Positions 14,666 to 26,823 of a stretch of DNA of 64,000 bases are shown one piece after another. Source of the DNA: Chromera velia (lineage: Eukaryota); assembly GCA_018398765.1 (NCBI GenBank), contig JAHBMJ010000499.1:1-64000 (forward strand), written 5' to 3'. Numbering within the stretch: position 1 is the stretch's first letter; the number at the start of each line of letters is the position of its first letter. A program made the position numbers and the translations under genes. The notes under the pieces were generated by a model. It had not been told where the DNA came from. It made no database searches and worked only from the letters and a program-made list of their open reading frames with translations.

Positions 14666-15384
14666 CATTAGGATAGGCCCGTAACACTTTCTTTCAGGGA
14701 AGGCCCACGAGACTTGAAACTCAATGAGAAGCGACAATCAAAAGAAAGATCGCCAGAAAGAGTCAATCCAGAAAGAAAGACAGGAAGAAGCTTCAAGTTG
14801 GAGGATGACAGACAGACAGAAAGATAGAAAGAAAGGAAAACATAAAGAGTTCAAGGTCAAGGTGATGCTTTTATGATGACCTCGGGGAAATGCATGTGAC
14901 ATGCAGTGTTCATGATAAGGGGGAATGCGTTGAACGCCTTTAATTCTTACTCCAACCAAAGAGGGCACTGCTGTTGCAGAAATACCGTTGCTCCCTCAGT
15001 CGACCGATCCAATTTACATGCTCGTCTCTTAAGTACGGCATGCTCCCAGTTCTCTAAACGCCGCTCGTTGTGCATGATAACGTCTCGTTTGAGCTGCTGC
15101 AACTGCTTTGCTTTGTGAACATGCACATGAGCAGGCCGCTCCAGATGCATGTTAAGCTGGCCGGGTAGTACTCGTCAGGGAGTTTTTATGCAAAGGCAGC
15201 TCAGAACACGTGCTCACTCGTTTCGTCGTCACTAGTTGACGGTGATGTGGCATCCATTTCACGAGAAGAACAGGTGACCGACCTGAAAGGTTTTTCGTCA
15301 ACCGTGGAGGTACATGCATAGGTACTAGTACAAACCATGTCACAGAACCATTTCCACGCTTCGTGGTACGCAGAAAAATGGGTG

Positions 15385-15840
15385 AAACAGTTAATTTATC
15401 TCTAGCAAGCTGTTTGAAACTAGATTTAACACGTGCATATATGTCAAAAATTACAAAAAAAAAAAATATTGTCTAGACGATCTAGCTAGACGATTGTATT
15501 AAATGCAAATCACATATGGCGGCATTGATAGCCGCATTATATGCCTCGTACCCAATGTACCTCGCGACGTACCTACTTCTGAAATACTGTTAGCAACTTG
15601 TTTATTTATCTTATATTTTTAAAAGGTATATGTTGATCTAGATATTGATGAATATTGTCAGCTAGATTGTCAGTGATGAAGAGTGAGAACTTGAAACTCA
15701 TTAATTTACACTTTTATAAAGGCTGTATATTCTAATACTTCTACAAACTATACATCGTATATATAAACTTTGGAGCTAAATAGACTCCTTAATAGAGACA
15801 GTCGGAAGTCTACCTAAAATATGTTAGAAACTAGCTTAGG
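15385..15840. other. AT-rich intergenic island 2 (second AT-rich patch at ~16390-16565)
   Basis: Strongly AT/TpA-rich, with a poly-A tract at ~15454-15466 and no ORF. Confidence 0.8.
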
Positions 15841-16390
15841 ATGTTCTGGCCGCTGAGGCTGAATTCAGTGCACGTTGGAGCCGGTTCCGCATTCATCCAT
15901 GCATGAAGCCGGTTGGAGACGGTATATACATGTTACTAGGCCCGCCCGCGCCTGGTCCTCGAGCACCGAGGCCCAGCCCGGCGCGCGCCTTACCACATAG
16001 TAGCTTAGCTAGTCCTTCACAAGCTCTAAGCAGGCCGAGACTAACCGACACTCGGCCGCTTGAGAAAGAACCGATAGTCGATACTTCGATACCGATACCG
16101 ATACGATACGATATCGATACGATAGCTATCTCTAGATTCTGCAAGAATACGGCTCCGGCGTAAGAAGCCGTGAGCCCCAGTCAGCAAGACTCAGACTGGA
16201 AAACCGCAATTTACCAAGCAATTACGCTCTAGATTTAGCCTTATAAGGGAGACGCTTGCAATTGGTACCTCAAGCATGAGCGCCGCATTGAGCGGAGCGG
16301 ACGCCGGACGCTAGCGGACTAAGTGGAGCGGACGCTGCCGCATCCGCCTCAATCGAACCTTTCGGTCCTTTCCGGGCTTTCCTAAGTATA
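15840..16390. mobile_element. Possible degenerate non-autonomous transposon remnant with clustered short repeats
   Basis: (CGATAC/CGATA)n cluster at ~16072-16125 and a GCGGA(C/G) cluster at ~16290-16335 in TpA-rich DNA. No TIR or TSD identified. Confidence 0.25.
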
Positions 16391-18577
16391 TCATTGATCA
16401 GATAAATCAGTCTAATACTCAATACGGTAAATTTTGAAAACGTCAACAACTAAAAGAAACATGTAAGCAAAAAACGAACGACTCTGTCACTCTAAACGAC
16501 TCGGATATATTAAATTCTAGATAGATTTGAATTGAATTAGTACAATTTTACTACTATAATAACAGTGTCAGAGAGGCATCCACGGAGATGCGAGCGCGTC
16601 AATGAACACCGAGGACTTTCAGTCGACCGAGGAGGAATTTGCAGCAAAAAAAAAAAAAAACATCACAAACGGCGCAATACATAGAAGTGCAAAGCAAATC
16701 CCTGCGGTCGAAATACTGAAAGTGCGGTAGTACAATCAGACACCCGCAACCCAGGCAGCAGCCTGTCTTTCTGCTGTACACGTAAGTCGAGTCATTCATT
16801 CATTCATCGGATTAATTGATGTCATTCGCGAAGCAAGCGAATGAGACCTGCAGCAACCAAAGCTTTTTCACGACAACTCAGCACTGACATGAACACACAT
16901 GCAGTACCGTGCATACAAACAAATAAGGGAAACGATGCAAGACGTCTCGTGACAGAATACATGCTCATTCATGCATGCATGAATTCACTTGTTCAGACAT
17001 TCATGCGCCGACAAAAGTTCTACCTTTTTCTTCTTTCCCAAACAGACCCGCATTTGCTTTCGTCAGTCGCACCCGAGTCTCCCCACGGGCGCAGACACAG
17101 ACAGTTAGGCACAAACAGAGACAAGGCAACACGAGGAGACTGGCGGAATGACGGGAGGAAAAAGGAGATAAGAAAAGACGACGAGGAAGAGAAACAAAAA
17201 AGTGGCTTGACTTAATGAGCGAATCGATACAACAAAATCCCCAGGCTACATCTCTACTTCCATACCAAACCCCACCCCTTCCCGGATTCAACAAAGTGAT
17301 CACCTCCCCATGCCGGTCTGTAGTGCTGTCGATCAATTGACCTCTCCCTGCCTTGTCTACCCTTGTCAACAATTGACTGTACTGACATCTCAAAGGAAGG
17401 AAGGAAGGACAGGACAAGTTGAGCGCTTCATGTGGACACTTGACTGCACCAAATCCTTCGCATCCTTCATTTCCTTCCCAGTTTCTCTCTCCCGACGGCT
17501 GCCCTCAACGAATTCAAACAGTCCGACCAGTAATCGAAAACGCTGGAAAGAAAAAAAAAGGAAAAACACAAGAACCTGCGCATCGACATCTGATCGTCAG
17601 AAGAGAAGAAAAACAAAATTCTTCCCTTTTCCCTCCCGACTTTCCTTTCACCTTTATCGGGTCCCTAGACAGTCAGCAAAAGAAACATGGACCGAGAAGC
17701 AAACACACAGAGACGCAAAGTTGAACTCTTCACTCCATTCCCTCCGCTCGTTTCCCTTTCTGCTGCCGGGCAGAAGGCATCAGCGTGTCTGCCTGCATCT
17801 TTTTGGGAGTCCCAAAGAGCGCAGAGCAACAAAAATGAGTCGGTAACTCAGAGAGTCAAAACTCACTGGTCCACAAGAGAGAGAGAGGAGCGTGTCGAAT
17901 TCTATTGAAACCGTGTCGGCCAGCAAATCGATTAGCCAAGTCAATCAGGGGAGACACACATACAACGACGCACAAGCACGCATACTCACACATCCACGAA
18001 GACTCACGCACGCACTCACTCTCACACACACGGACGCGCACACACACGTATGCACAAATACACGCACACACGGACACTTCAATACCAGCTTGAAAGAAAG
18101 TGTCTGACAGAACAAGAAACTGATCAAGGCAAAGAGTAGAATTAGGAAGAAACAAAATTGCAGATGCACTCTCCCTCTAAAGTCGGTATGTCCCATTCCT
18201 TCCGCCTCAACACACACTCTTTTCATGCGACTTAATTCTCTCTCCAAATGGCTTTCTCTCTCTCTTCTTCCCATCAGTCTTTTTCCGAAACCTTCCTTTC
18301 TCCGCTGTTTCAACTTCTTTGCTGAACCCAGTGACACTACCTCTCTCTCTCTACCGAAGAATACAAAAACGGACTGCACAGCAATGTGACCCCTCTTCAA
18401 CCCCTTCCCTTGCCTCCCCGTCTCTTCGCTTCTTTAATCTATAGATCGAGTATAGAACTTTAAAAAAAAAATGCTACAAGTTTTGCGTTACCTTCCTCTT
18501 GTTTCACTTTCTTCTCCTTCTCTTCTACTCAGGAAAAAAAACCACCAATGCGTGGTGAAAGAAGCAAAGCGACCAGC

Positions 18578-20064
18578 TCACACCCTCTGGTCTCCCGTCG
18601 GACCTTGAGGTTCGACCCTCAACCCAGGGCTTCTCACCACCTGGTTCCAGTCATGAATTCCTGGAGACGGTGTCTGAGCGTCCTCACTCTCTTTGCTCAT
18701 CTTCCGATCCAGACGCAAATTGGAAGGCACAGTTCCTCCAATGTTGGAGGCCTTTCTGCGTCTCGCTCCTCCAGAGGACCCTCCTCCAGATCCTCCTGCG
18801 CTCCCCTGACGATTCAGCGGCACGTCGGCCTGCATCGTCATGTTGCGACTGAAGGTTGCGGCAGTCCAAGAAGCGACCCGTGCGGGGCGGCCGTCGGATC
18901 CCTGGCTTCCCATTGTGGCCTGAGGGGCAAATGAAGGAAGACCAACGATTCGCCCAATCTCGTCGTGCCTGTTGTTGTCAGGGTCTTCTGAACTGGACGC
19001 ACTGGCTCCCTTCTGCTGCGCCTTCTTGGCGGGTTTCGACTTCTCGATCGAGTTCATGATTAGGAAGTACAGCGTGACCAAGAGAATGAAGGCGATGACC
19101 AGATTCATCAGAGGAGGGAGGAGACGGCCTGGGGAGAAGTCAGGCATCGTTCCTTCGTTGAACAGACTCCTCAGAAGCTGCAATCAGTGAAGTGAAAGAA
19201 GAGGAATGCAGAAACGGGATGGAGAAATTAGAAATGCGGAGCAGTTTCTGTTTCAGGAGCCTGTCCACTCTTTTCTCTTTGATAGATTTGAGTTCGATCA
19301 TTTGATACCTCTGGAAAAGAAGATACAGAGAGTCAGAGAGCGAAATGAAACCTATCTTTCGAGTATTCTGTCACTAGAAAAAGGAACTGAACGAGCGAGC
19401 AGCAAGTGAGTGAAACTGCTGTGAAGCTGTATCATATGCAGGCCTGCCTCTATTCCTCTGTGAGTGCATGTGACTAAGTTTGCGCATCTTCAGTTGAGCC
19501 CCCAGAGGCCCATACACCGTCAGTACTCCTTTCTCGTCCCTGCCGCCACAAAAACTCACGAGGAAGGAAAGAAAAAAAAAAAAGAACGGCAACTCACCAT
19601 CTTCCCGTCGACTGCACAGTTATCCACAAAGTTCGGCTGGCCGGTCTGGGGGTTCTTGAACCCGCACGCGCCCTCACATCCGGGATACTGCAACCCAAAT
19701 CAATAGGTCAACAATGTATGTCACTCACTCGCACATGTGATGTAGATCTACATGTATGTGGGAGGGAAGAAAACGTATGAATACATGGAAAGGAGCAGGA
19801 AAAGGAGACAGAGTTTCCATTCAGACCCTAAGAAGGTATAGAGTCCTTCATCTGTCTGTCGCTCCATGTGGCACCTAAAATCGGTGGACAAACCGGCCCT
19901 GCCTAAGTTCCTCCCCTCCATGCATCCTCTCAAGAAAAGAACGAGGGGGCCAGGGAGCCGTAAAAACGGGAGATGAACCCCCCCCCCCGGCTTTTACCCT
20001 GGATCCCTCTAGCTCGCTTGAAAACGGCTGTAACCAAGGAGAGGAAGAAGCAAGTTGAAACAGA

Positions 20065-20101
<37 letters not shown>

Positions 20102-21460
20102 CCGACCTCATAGCATCTCCCAGGAATGAAATTCCAAAGAAGAGCATCCATTCCCCACCTGCAAGCAGGAGGCGCCAAAAACAAAAGGACTTCATGTAGA
20201 CCCGACAAACAAAAGTCTCTCTGAACTCACGCTGCGTATGTTTTCTTCACCTTGGTTGGGCCTTCATGACCCGAAGAGAGAACGCGAGAGAAGGTCGGGG
20301 CAGATCAAGATGGACGAAGCCGTGCAGAGAGGCAACAGTGAGAGGGAAGAGAGCGACGGAGAGGGGAGCAGAAAAAAAACGAGAGACACTCTGCCAGCAA
20401 GGAAGAGGGACCCAAAAGAACCCCCCGAAGCAAAAGAACCGACCTGATAAAGGAGACAGTTGACAGATACCGGAAGACCAGGTACATCGTCGACACTCTC
20501 TGGATTCCTCCAGACCACATCAGCATGATGGCCTGCAGGGAAGTATTCATAAGTGAAACCAAATAAGCAAAGGGAACACAATGGAGTGCAGTGTATCCAG
20601 AAGATGGGGTGAAAAGAGGGACGTGACTGCAGACAGTCACATCTTCTCTTCATGAGCTTCAAGCGGTGATCGAAAGGCAGGAGAACAAATGATGATTTTG
20701 ATTTTAGAGCAACGAAGATTTCTTCATTCTTTTCTTCGATCATGAACCAAGCGGGCAAACCGGAGCTTGCAACAGAGAGACACAAAGGCAGTTTTGCGTG
20801 AAGCGCAAAAGTTGAAAGAAGAAGAAGAACACAAAACAGAAAGAACCTTCTGCCCAATCGTTCCTCAGCGAGCGCAAGCAAGCCGACCGCTCCACAAAAA
20901 AGCCCACCCACCTGAGCGTAGACGCTCATTGCCCACGCAAGGGTTTCGTTGGTCGTGAAGAACGTCACACAGAGAGATCCGAACTCAGCCACCCAGATGA
21001 TCGTCCACTGCAAACATTCAAACATTCACGAAAGCATTTATTTTGGCATGAGAAAACATTAGTCAGTCAGTCTCTGTCCCCCCCCCCCCAACNNNNNNNN
21101 NNNNNNNNNNNNNNNNNNNNNNNNNNNNNNNNNNNNNNNNNNNNNNNNNNNNNNNNNNNNNNNNNNNNNNNNNNNNNNNAACCGCCAGTGCAACACACAG
21201 AATCTGGTGTACCCTGCATGATCTGTCAGGATACAGACGGCCTGACCGACACAGAAAAACCGTTGATGCCCCATCCTTTGGTGCCAAACCATCTTCTTCT
21301 TCTTCAGCCATGCTTCATCCTTTCGAAGGCATGTTGACGCGAGAAAGCAGCCGAGATGAATTCCACGCTTTCCACTCTCTCTCGTCCTGCATTTCAGCCT
21401 GTCCCCACAATGACAACCCACAAACAAACAAACGAGCGAACAAAGAAAGAAAGAGAGAAA

Positions 21461-21493
<33 letters not shown>

Positions 21494-21724
21494 AGGAAGG
21501 AAGGAAGGAAGGAAGGAAAGCAAGAAAGAAAGAAAGAAAGAAAGAAAGAAAAGAAAGAAAGAAAGAAAAAAAGAAAGAAAACCAACCTGGATGATGACGT
21601 AGTACCAGAAATTCAACAGTTGATTCTGTGCGAAGTCACCCAGGCCGAGTCCGTAGTAGATCAGCAGACAGTTCGGAATTTGGAGAAGCATCAGAATGGG
21701 GAGACGCATCTGCACACAAATTTG

Positions 21725-21769
<45 letters not shown>

Positions 21770-24700
21770 CATACATACACACACACACAAGCATGCATAC
21801 ACACACATCCAAAGGGGGGCATATAGACCCAGACGCACACACACTCCTGCAGAGGATGAATTAGAGAAAACAGAGCGAAGAAACGCTCCACACTGAGTAC
21901 AGTTCAATCGAGCCCACACCCCTTCCCAACCACCAAACAAACAAAATAAACGAACCAGCAGGGTCGCCACGAGGTAAGAAGAGGGAGCGTACAGGTTCCC
22001 TCTCTGTTCAGCAACAAAGATTTTCCTCTCAGATGCCATCCCAGGCATACCCTGCAGGCAGGCAGGCAGGCAGGCGTTCGAGCAAAAGACCTTTATACGT
22101 GATACCATGAGAAGATGTTCTCTGATGCAATGAATTTTGTCGATTCTTTTCTCCACTGGCCGAAGTAAATTTTCAGAAGGTTCGAACAGGACCGACATCT
22201 CAGCTCAGTTTCTCTGACCAACGGGTGGTTAAAAGAAAAGATCCTGCGTGAGCTGTTTCTCTGTTCTCCATTTTGACACACGGACGGGTTCATTCAAGTG
22301 AACTTTGGATCCGAGACTTACCTAGTTTGTTTCACAAGAGATTGCAAACTAAGCATTGATTTACAGCCACACTTTCCGTCTTTCGCTCCGTCTCTGTCCT
22401 CTCTCACCTGAAGAGCGCAGAAAGATGTGGCAACGAGGGAGAATACAAGGACACCGATGACGTTCTCGAGTCCCCCCCCGACGATCGTCACTGCTCCTCT
22501 GAAATCCTCGTTGAGTCTGTACCACTGCCCGACCATCACTACCTTGATGGAAAACTCGAGGGCAAAACGCATAGCAAAACCCATCGGATCTCGGACGATG
22601 CCCTTCCTGCAGGGTCGAGCGATCAGACAGACAGACAGAAAGCCCATTTTTCACTTTGGACATCTGATGAATTGTTCTCGAGACACGCCGTTGTTTTTTC
22701 TTTTTCTTGGGTACACCGTCGAATACAAACAGTGTACAAACTTTTCTGAAAACCAACGAAAATTATTCATTCTTCAGTCTGCAAGAAGGAATCCAGAAGA
22801 GACAAGCAAGCTGTTCACTCACTCTCTGGCTGACTGACCCCATTCGTGCCATCTGGATCATCACTTGAGAGTTCCACGGGGCGTTGCGTGCTGCTCCTGT
22901 GACCTGAGAGATGTCCAGCTGCTGCAGCTGTTTCTCATCCCTCAGGGAGGAGTATGTTCTTCTGTGGAAGCCTCCGCTCATGCTGGTGCTCTTCTGGATC
23001 GGGAGCGTGGGGGCGCTTGGGTTGATGGGGGGGCATGTCTCGGATCTCTCGAGGGCACCTCCTGCCGCTGTGGCGGCAGTGGCCATGGATGAGTGGAGGT
23101 TGCCCCAACCGTTGGTGGGTTTGGAGATCCCGGAAAGACTGGAGGTGCCCATGGGGCGGGGGGGAGGNNNNNNNNNNNNNNNNNNNNNNNNNNNNNNNNN
23201 NNNNNNNNNNNNNNNNNNNNNNNNNNNNNNNNNNNNNNNNNNNNNNNNNNNNNNNNNNNNNNNNNNNNNNNNNNNNNNNNNNNNNNNNNNNNNNNNNNNN
23301 NNNNNNNNNNNNNNNNNNNNNNNNNNNNNNNNNNNNNNNNNNNNNNNNNNNNNNNNNNNNNNNNNNNNNNNNNNNNNNNNNNNNNNNNNNNNNNNNNNNN
23401 NNNNNNNNNNNNNNNNNNNNNNNNNNNNNNNNNNNNNNNNNNNNNNNNNNNGGGGGGGGGGAGGGGGTCTCAACGTCCGTCTCCTCCAGGCTCTGCAGAA
23501 GGGGGTTAAATGAAATGAAGAGAAAGAAGAATCAGTCAGCATGAAAAAATCAGCAGAAGGCTGCCAGTACGTCAGCCAGGAAAGCGCTCTGGTTGCACTG
23601 TACGAGTTTTCCGTCTCACAAGCAAAAGCACCAGATATATGCGAAAGGAGGTGGGCGAGTAAACGAGATATGGGTATGCACCTCTTTCTCTCTCTTGCAG
23701 GAGGAGAGAGGTCAGGGGCACAGTGCTGGGAAAGTGTAAGCAGGCTCAGCCACGTATTGAAAGCAGTCCACAAGATCAACTCACCTTCACGGCAGGAGCG
23801 GTAGACCCGAAAACGTTTGCCCATCCCTCTGTGCGTGCCTTCTCACTCAGTTCTGCGGACTTTCGGACCAGCTCATCGATTTCCTCCTTTGCCTCATGGA
23901 AATCAGTGTTGATCACCTGCAGGTATAAACAAGCAGACAGACAGTGATTTTACATCCACCCGTGTTGATGCTGCGTACGTCATTTGCGATCAAATGAAAT
24001 GAAAAGCACTTCCTCACGTTTTCGACTCAGAAGTCCTCTTTCCACAGGCAGGAAGCAGATTGAGAGAGAACCTCCAAAGGGAGCCGCGAAGCCAAAAAGG
24101 AAAGGAAAGCAAAACAATTCAGCCCCTCTTCTCTTCTTAGAGCTCTCCACAAAAAAAAACGGACGGACCTGAATGACGTGATCTGCCGCGTTGGTGTTGG
24201 GAGGAGCGGGGTACCCGAGTTGGTCGAAGAAGGGAAGGACATAGTTGACGGGACCATCGTATGCGAGTTTTCCCCTGGTGAGGAAAATGATGCGGTCGAA
24301 AACCTGGAGAACCTCCTGGGAGGGCTGGTGAATTGTCACGAAGACAGTCAACATGCGGCGCTTGGCGAGCTCGGAGATCGCGCGGATGACCTGCGAAGTC
24401 AAGAGACGGCATGGAGAAGGTTAGCGTCGAAATGCATCTCTCGACACACGCACGTACACGGAAGTGCATCTTGAAGATAACAATGAACGAACAGTCTCTC
24501 GCTGGTTCACGAGGTTTCAATTGATTCCCTCCAACCGGAGGGAGCGAGAAAGCGGAGAATTCTGCTCTAATGTGTCGGGAAGAAAAAAAAAAAAACCCGC
24601 AGAGGCAATAAGTCAGTCCAAGAAGGAAGGAACAACAGAGCAGGATCGACAGCCGGGAAGGAAGCTGAAAGAGAGCAGACCTGGAGACAAGAGAAGGAAT

Positions 24701-26785
24701 CCAGACCACTCGTGGGCTCATCGAGGAACAGAATCGATCTGCAGGAATGAATCAAGGGCAACGCAGGGCAGGGCAAGGAAGAGTGAAAGGATCCATGAAA
24801 GACGACGACAACTTTGAAGAAGTCAGCAGCAGTGTGTCATGTACAGTTCAGGAGTCTCTTCCTTCCTTTCTTTTTGAACCCTGACCCCCCTTCTGGACGT
24901 AAAGCCCCAAAATGACGAGAAAACAAAGAGAAAATAAAATGAGGGAATCGAGGGACGGGCTTATGCCTTGCACTTTCAATGAATGAAAGCAGTGATAGTC
25001 ATCGAACGCTCCTTCGAATCCAGAAGCTCAACAAGGAGCAGAAATGAAAAACAAGCGAATCAAACCACAACTACCATACACCCACCTCGAGGCGACCAGT
25101 TCCTTCCCGATGGACACTCTTCTTTTCTGACCACCAGAAATTCCCTTTCGGAAATAATCTCCGATCGGTCTGTCCCCAATGTCCTCCAGTCCCAGCTCTC
25201 TCTTCACTCTGTCAATCGCGTGAGAGCGCCTCAAAGCTCCGATCTTTCCAGCACGGTCTGATGACTCCTGACGGAGCCTGGCGGCAAACCCGAGCTCCTC
25301 ATCAACGGTCAGGTAGCTGCACAAAGAAAGAAAACAAATTTTGTGCAAGAGAAAGAAAAGGGCAGTCCCTACATCACTCACACAGGTTGTCTTCCTCTCT
25401 GCTCACGCACAAACCCCCCCCGCTCACTTACCCAAGCAGAGAGTCCTCCTGCTCCACGAACGCGCACGAGCTCTTCAGCTGTTCGGGTGCTGCTGAGCGA
25501 CCGTTCACGGCGATCTCGCCCTGGAGTTCGCCAGTCTGTCCTCGCCCGGCGAGGAGCATCAAGAATGTCGACTTGCCTGCAGACGAACAGAGAAGAAAGC
25601 ATCTGTGAATGCTACTCATAGTCGATGCGGACACACAAACAAAAAACGGCACAATGAGACGGAAGAGAGAAGACAATGCAAGAACCCCAACAAAAAAACA
25701 AAGCTGAAGACACCAAACCAACCAATGAACCAACAAACCAACGAACCTGCACCCGAGGGACCCATGACTGCCGTCACCTGCCCAGGTTCGAGCGATCCCT
25801 TCACGCCCTGCAGAAGCTTCAGACTGCCTCCCTTCTTCGGCACACTGAAGTGATCGATGTCCCACGAGACACGGGAGACGCCGCATGGCATGGGCTCAGA
25901 GGTCATGGTCACGGCTGGGGGCTGAGCCTTCAGGTTGTGGAGGAGGAACCTCTCCACTCCGTAACACAAAATTTTCAGGTAACCGTCCCTGCAGCCACAA
26001 ACAAATTCACTCACTCACGCGTTTCTCTTACGTTGTGTGAAAGCGTCAGTGAGACATCGAAAAATGGATCTGACAACGAGCAAGCAGCACTGGTCAAGGA
26101 GTTTCATCTCAGTTTCTCCGCTAGGCTGGAAGGAATCAAGTGCCACATGATTTTGTGAATCTTTCTTTCTCTAACTGACTGACCATACGATGCTTCTGAC
26201 GTCCAGCTTGAGATGCTGCCTATCCTCGTCGGAGAGTCTCTCTGCAAGAAGAGCCAGCTTCTCCCCCTGGAAGACCCATTCAGAGTTCATGAAGGGCTCC
26301 AACTGCTGCTCCAGCACCTTCTTTGCAGCACGAGCGTGAGACGAATTACTGGCAGAAAAAAGTCTCTGCTGCTTCTCCCTTGCGACTGCCAGTCTGTGCT
26401 TGTGAATGGACGTTCGCAGTTCCACTGTGAGCCCGTTGCTGGCCGCTCGAGGTCCCATCAGTTGGTCCTCTGGTACCGGATTTTCGTGGAAGTACAGGTT
26501 CACCTGCAGGAACAGTCACACGTGAAAACAGCATCTCGGGTCTGATTCCCTGCAAAACTTCCTGACTGCCTGAATCAATCTGTCAGATTCACCGCTCGTC
26601 GCGAAAGAGAGGCGCAAGAAACTGGAGGGGTGTAGAAGTGTTGCTGAGGTTACCGAATGAAGGCGGTGAGAGAGAGAAGAAGCACAAAGGGTCCGGAAAA
26701 CCTGCATGGGTGTGTGTGCAACGACCCGCCGAGAAAGAAAGAGGGGGGCTTCAAGGGAGGGACCGAAAAGAGAGTGAGTGAAATG

Positions 26786-26823
<38 letters not shown>

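Larger units (their letters stand above)
18578..25870 (-). other. ABCG (White family) NBD-TMD portion of the fusion gene
   Basis: Walker A, Q-loop, signature, Walker B/D-loop and H-loop are all canonical. The NBD precedes the hydrophobic TMD exons, the reverse topology diagnostic of ABCG. Confidence 0.93.

Noticed and set aside
14880..15380. Transposase fragment
   Set aside because: Short ORFs on both strands with no recognisable DDE, RT or helicase motif.
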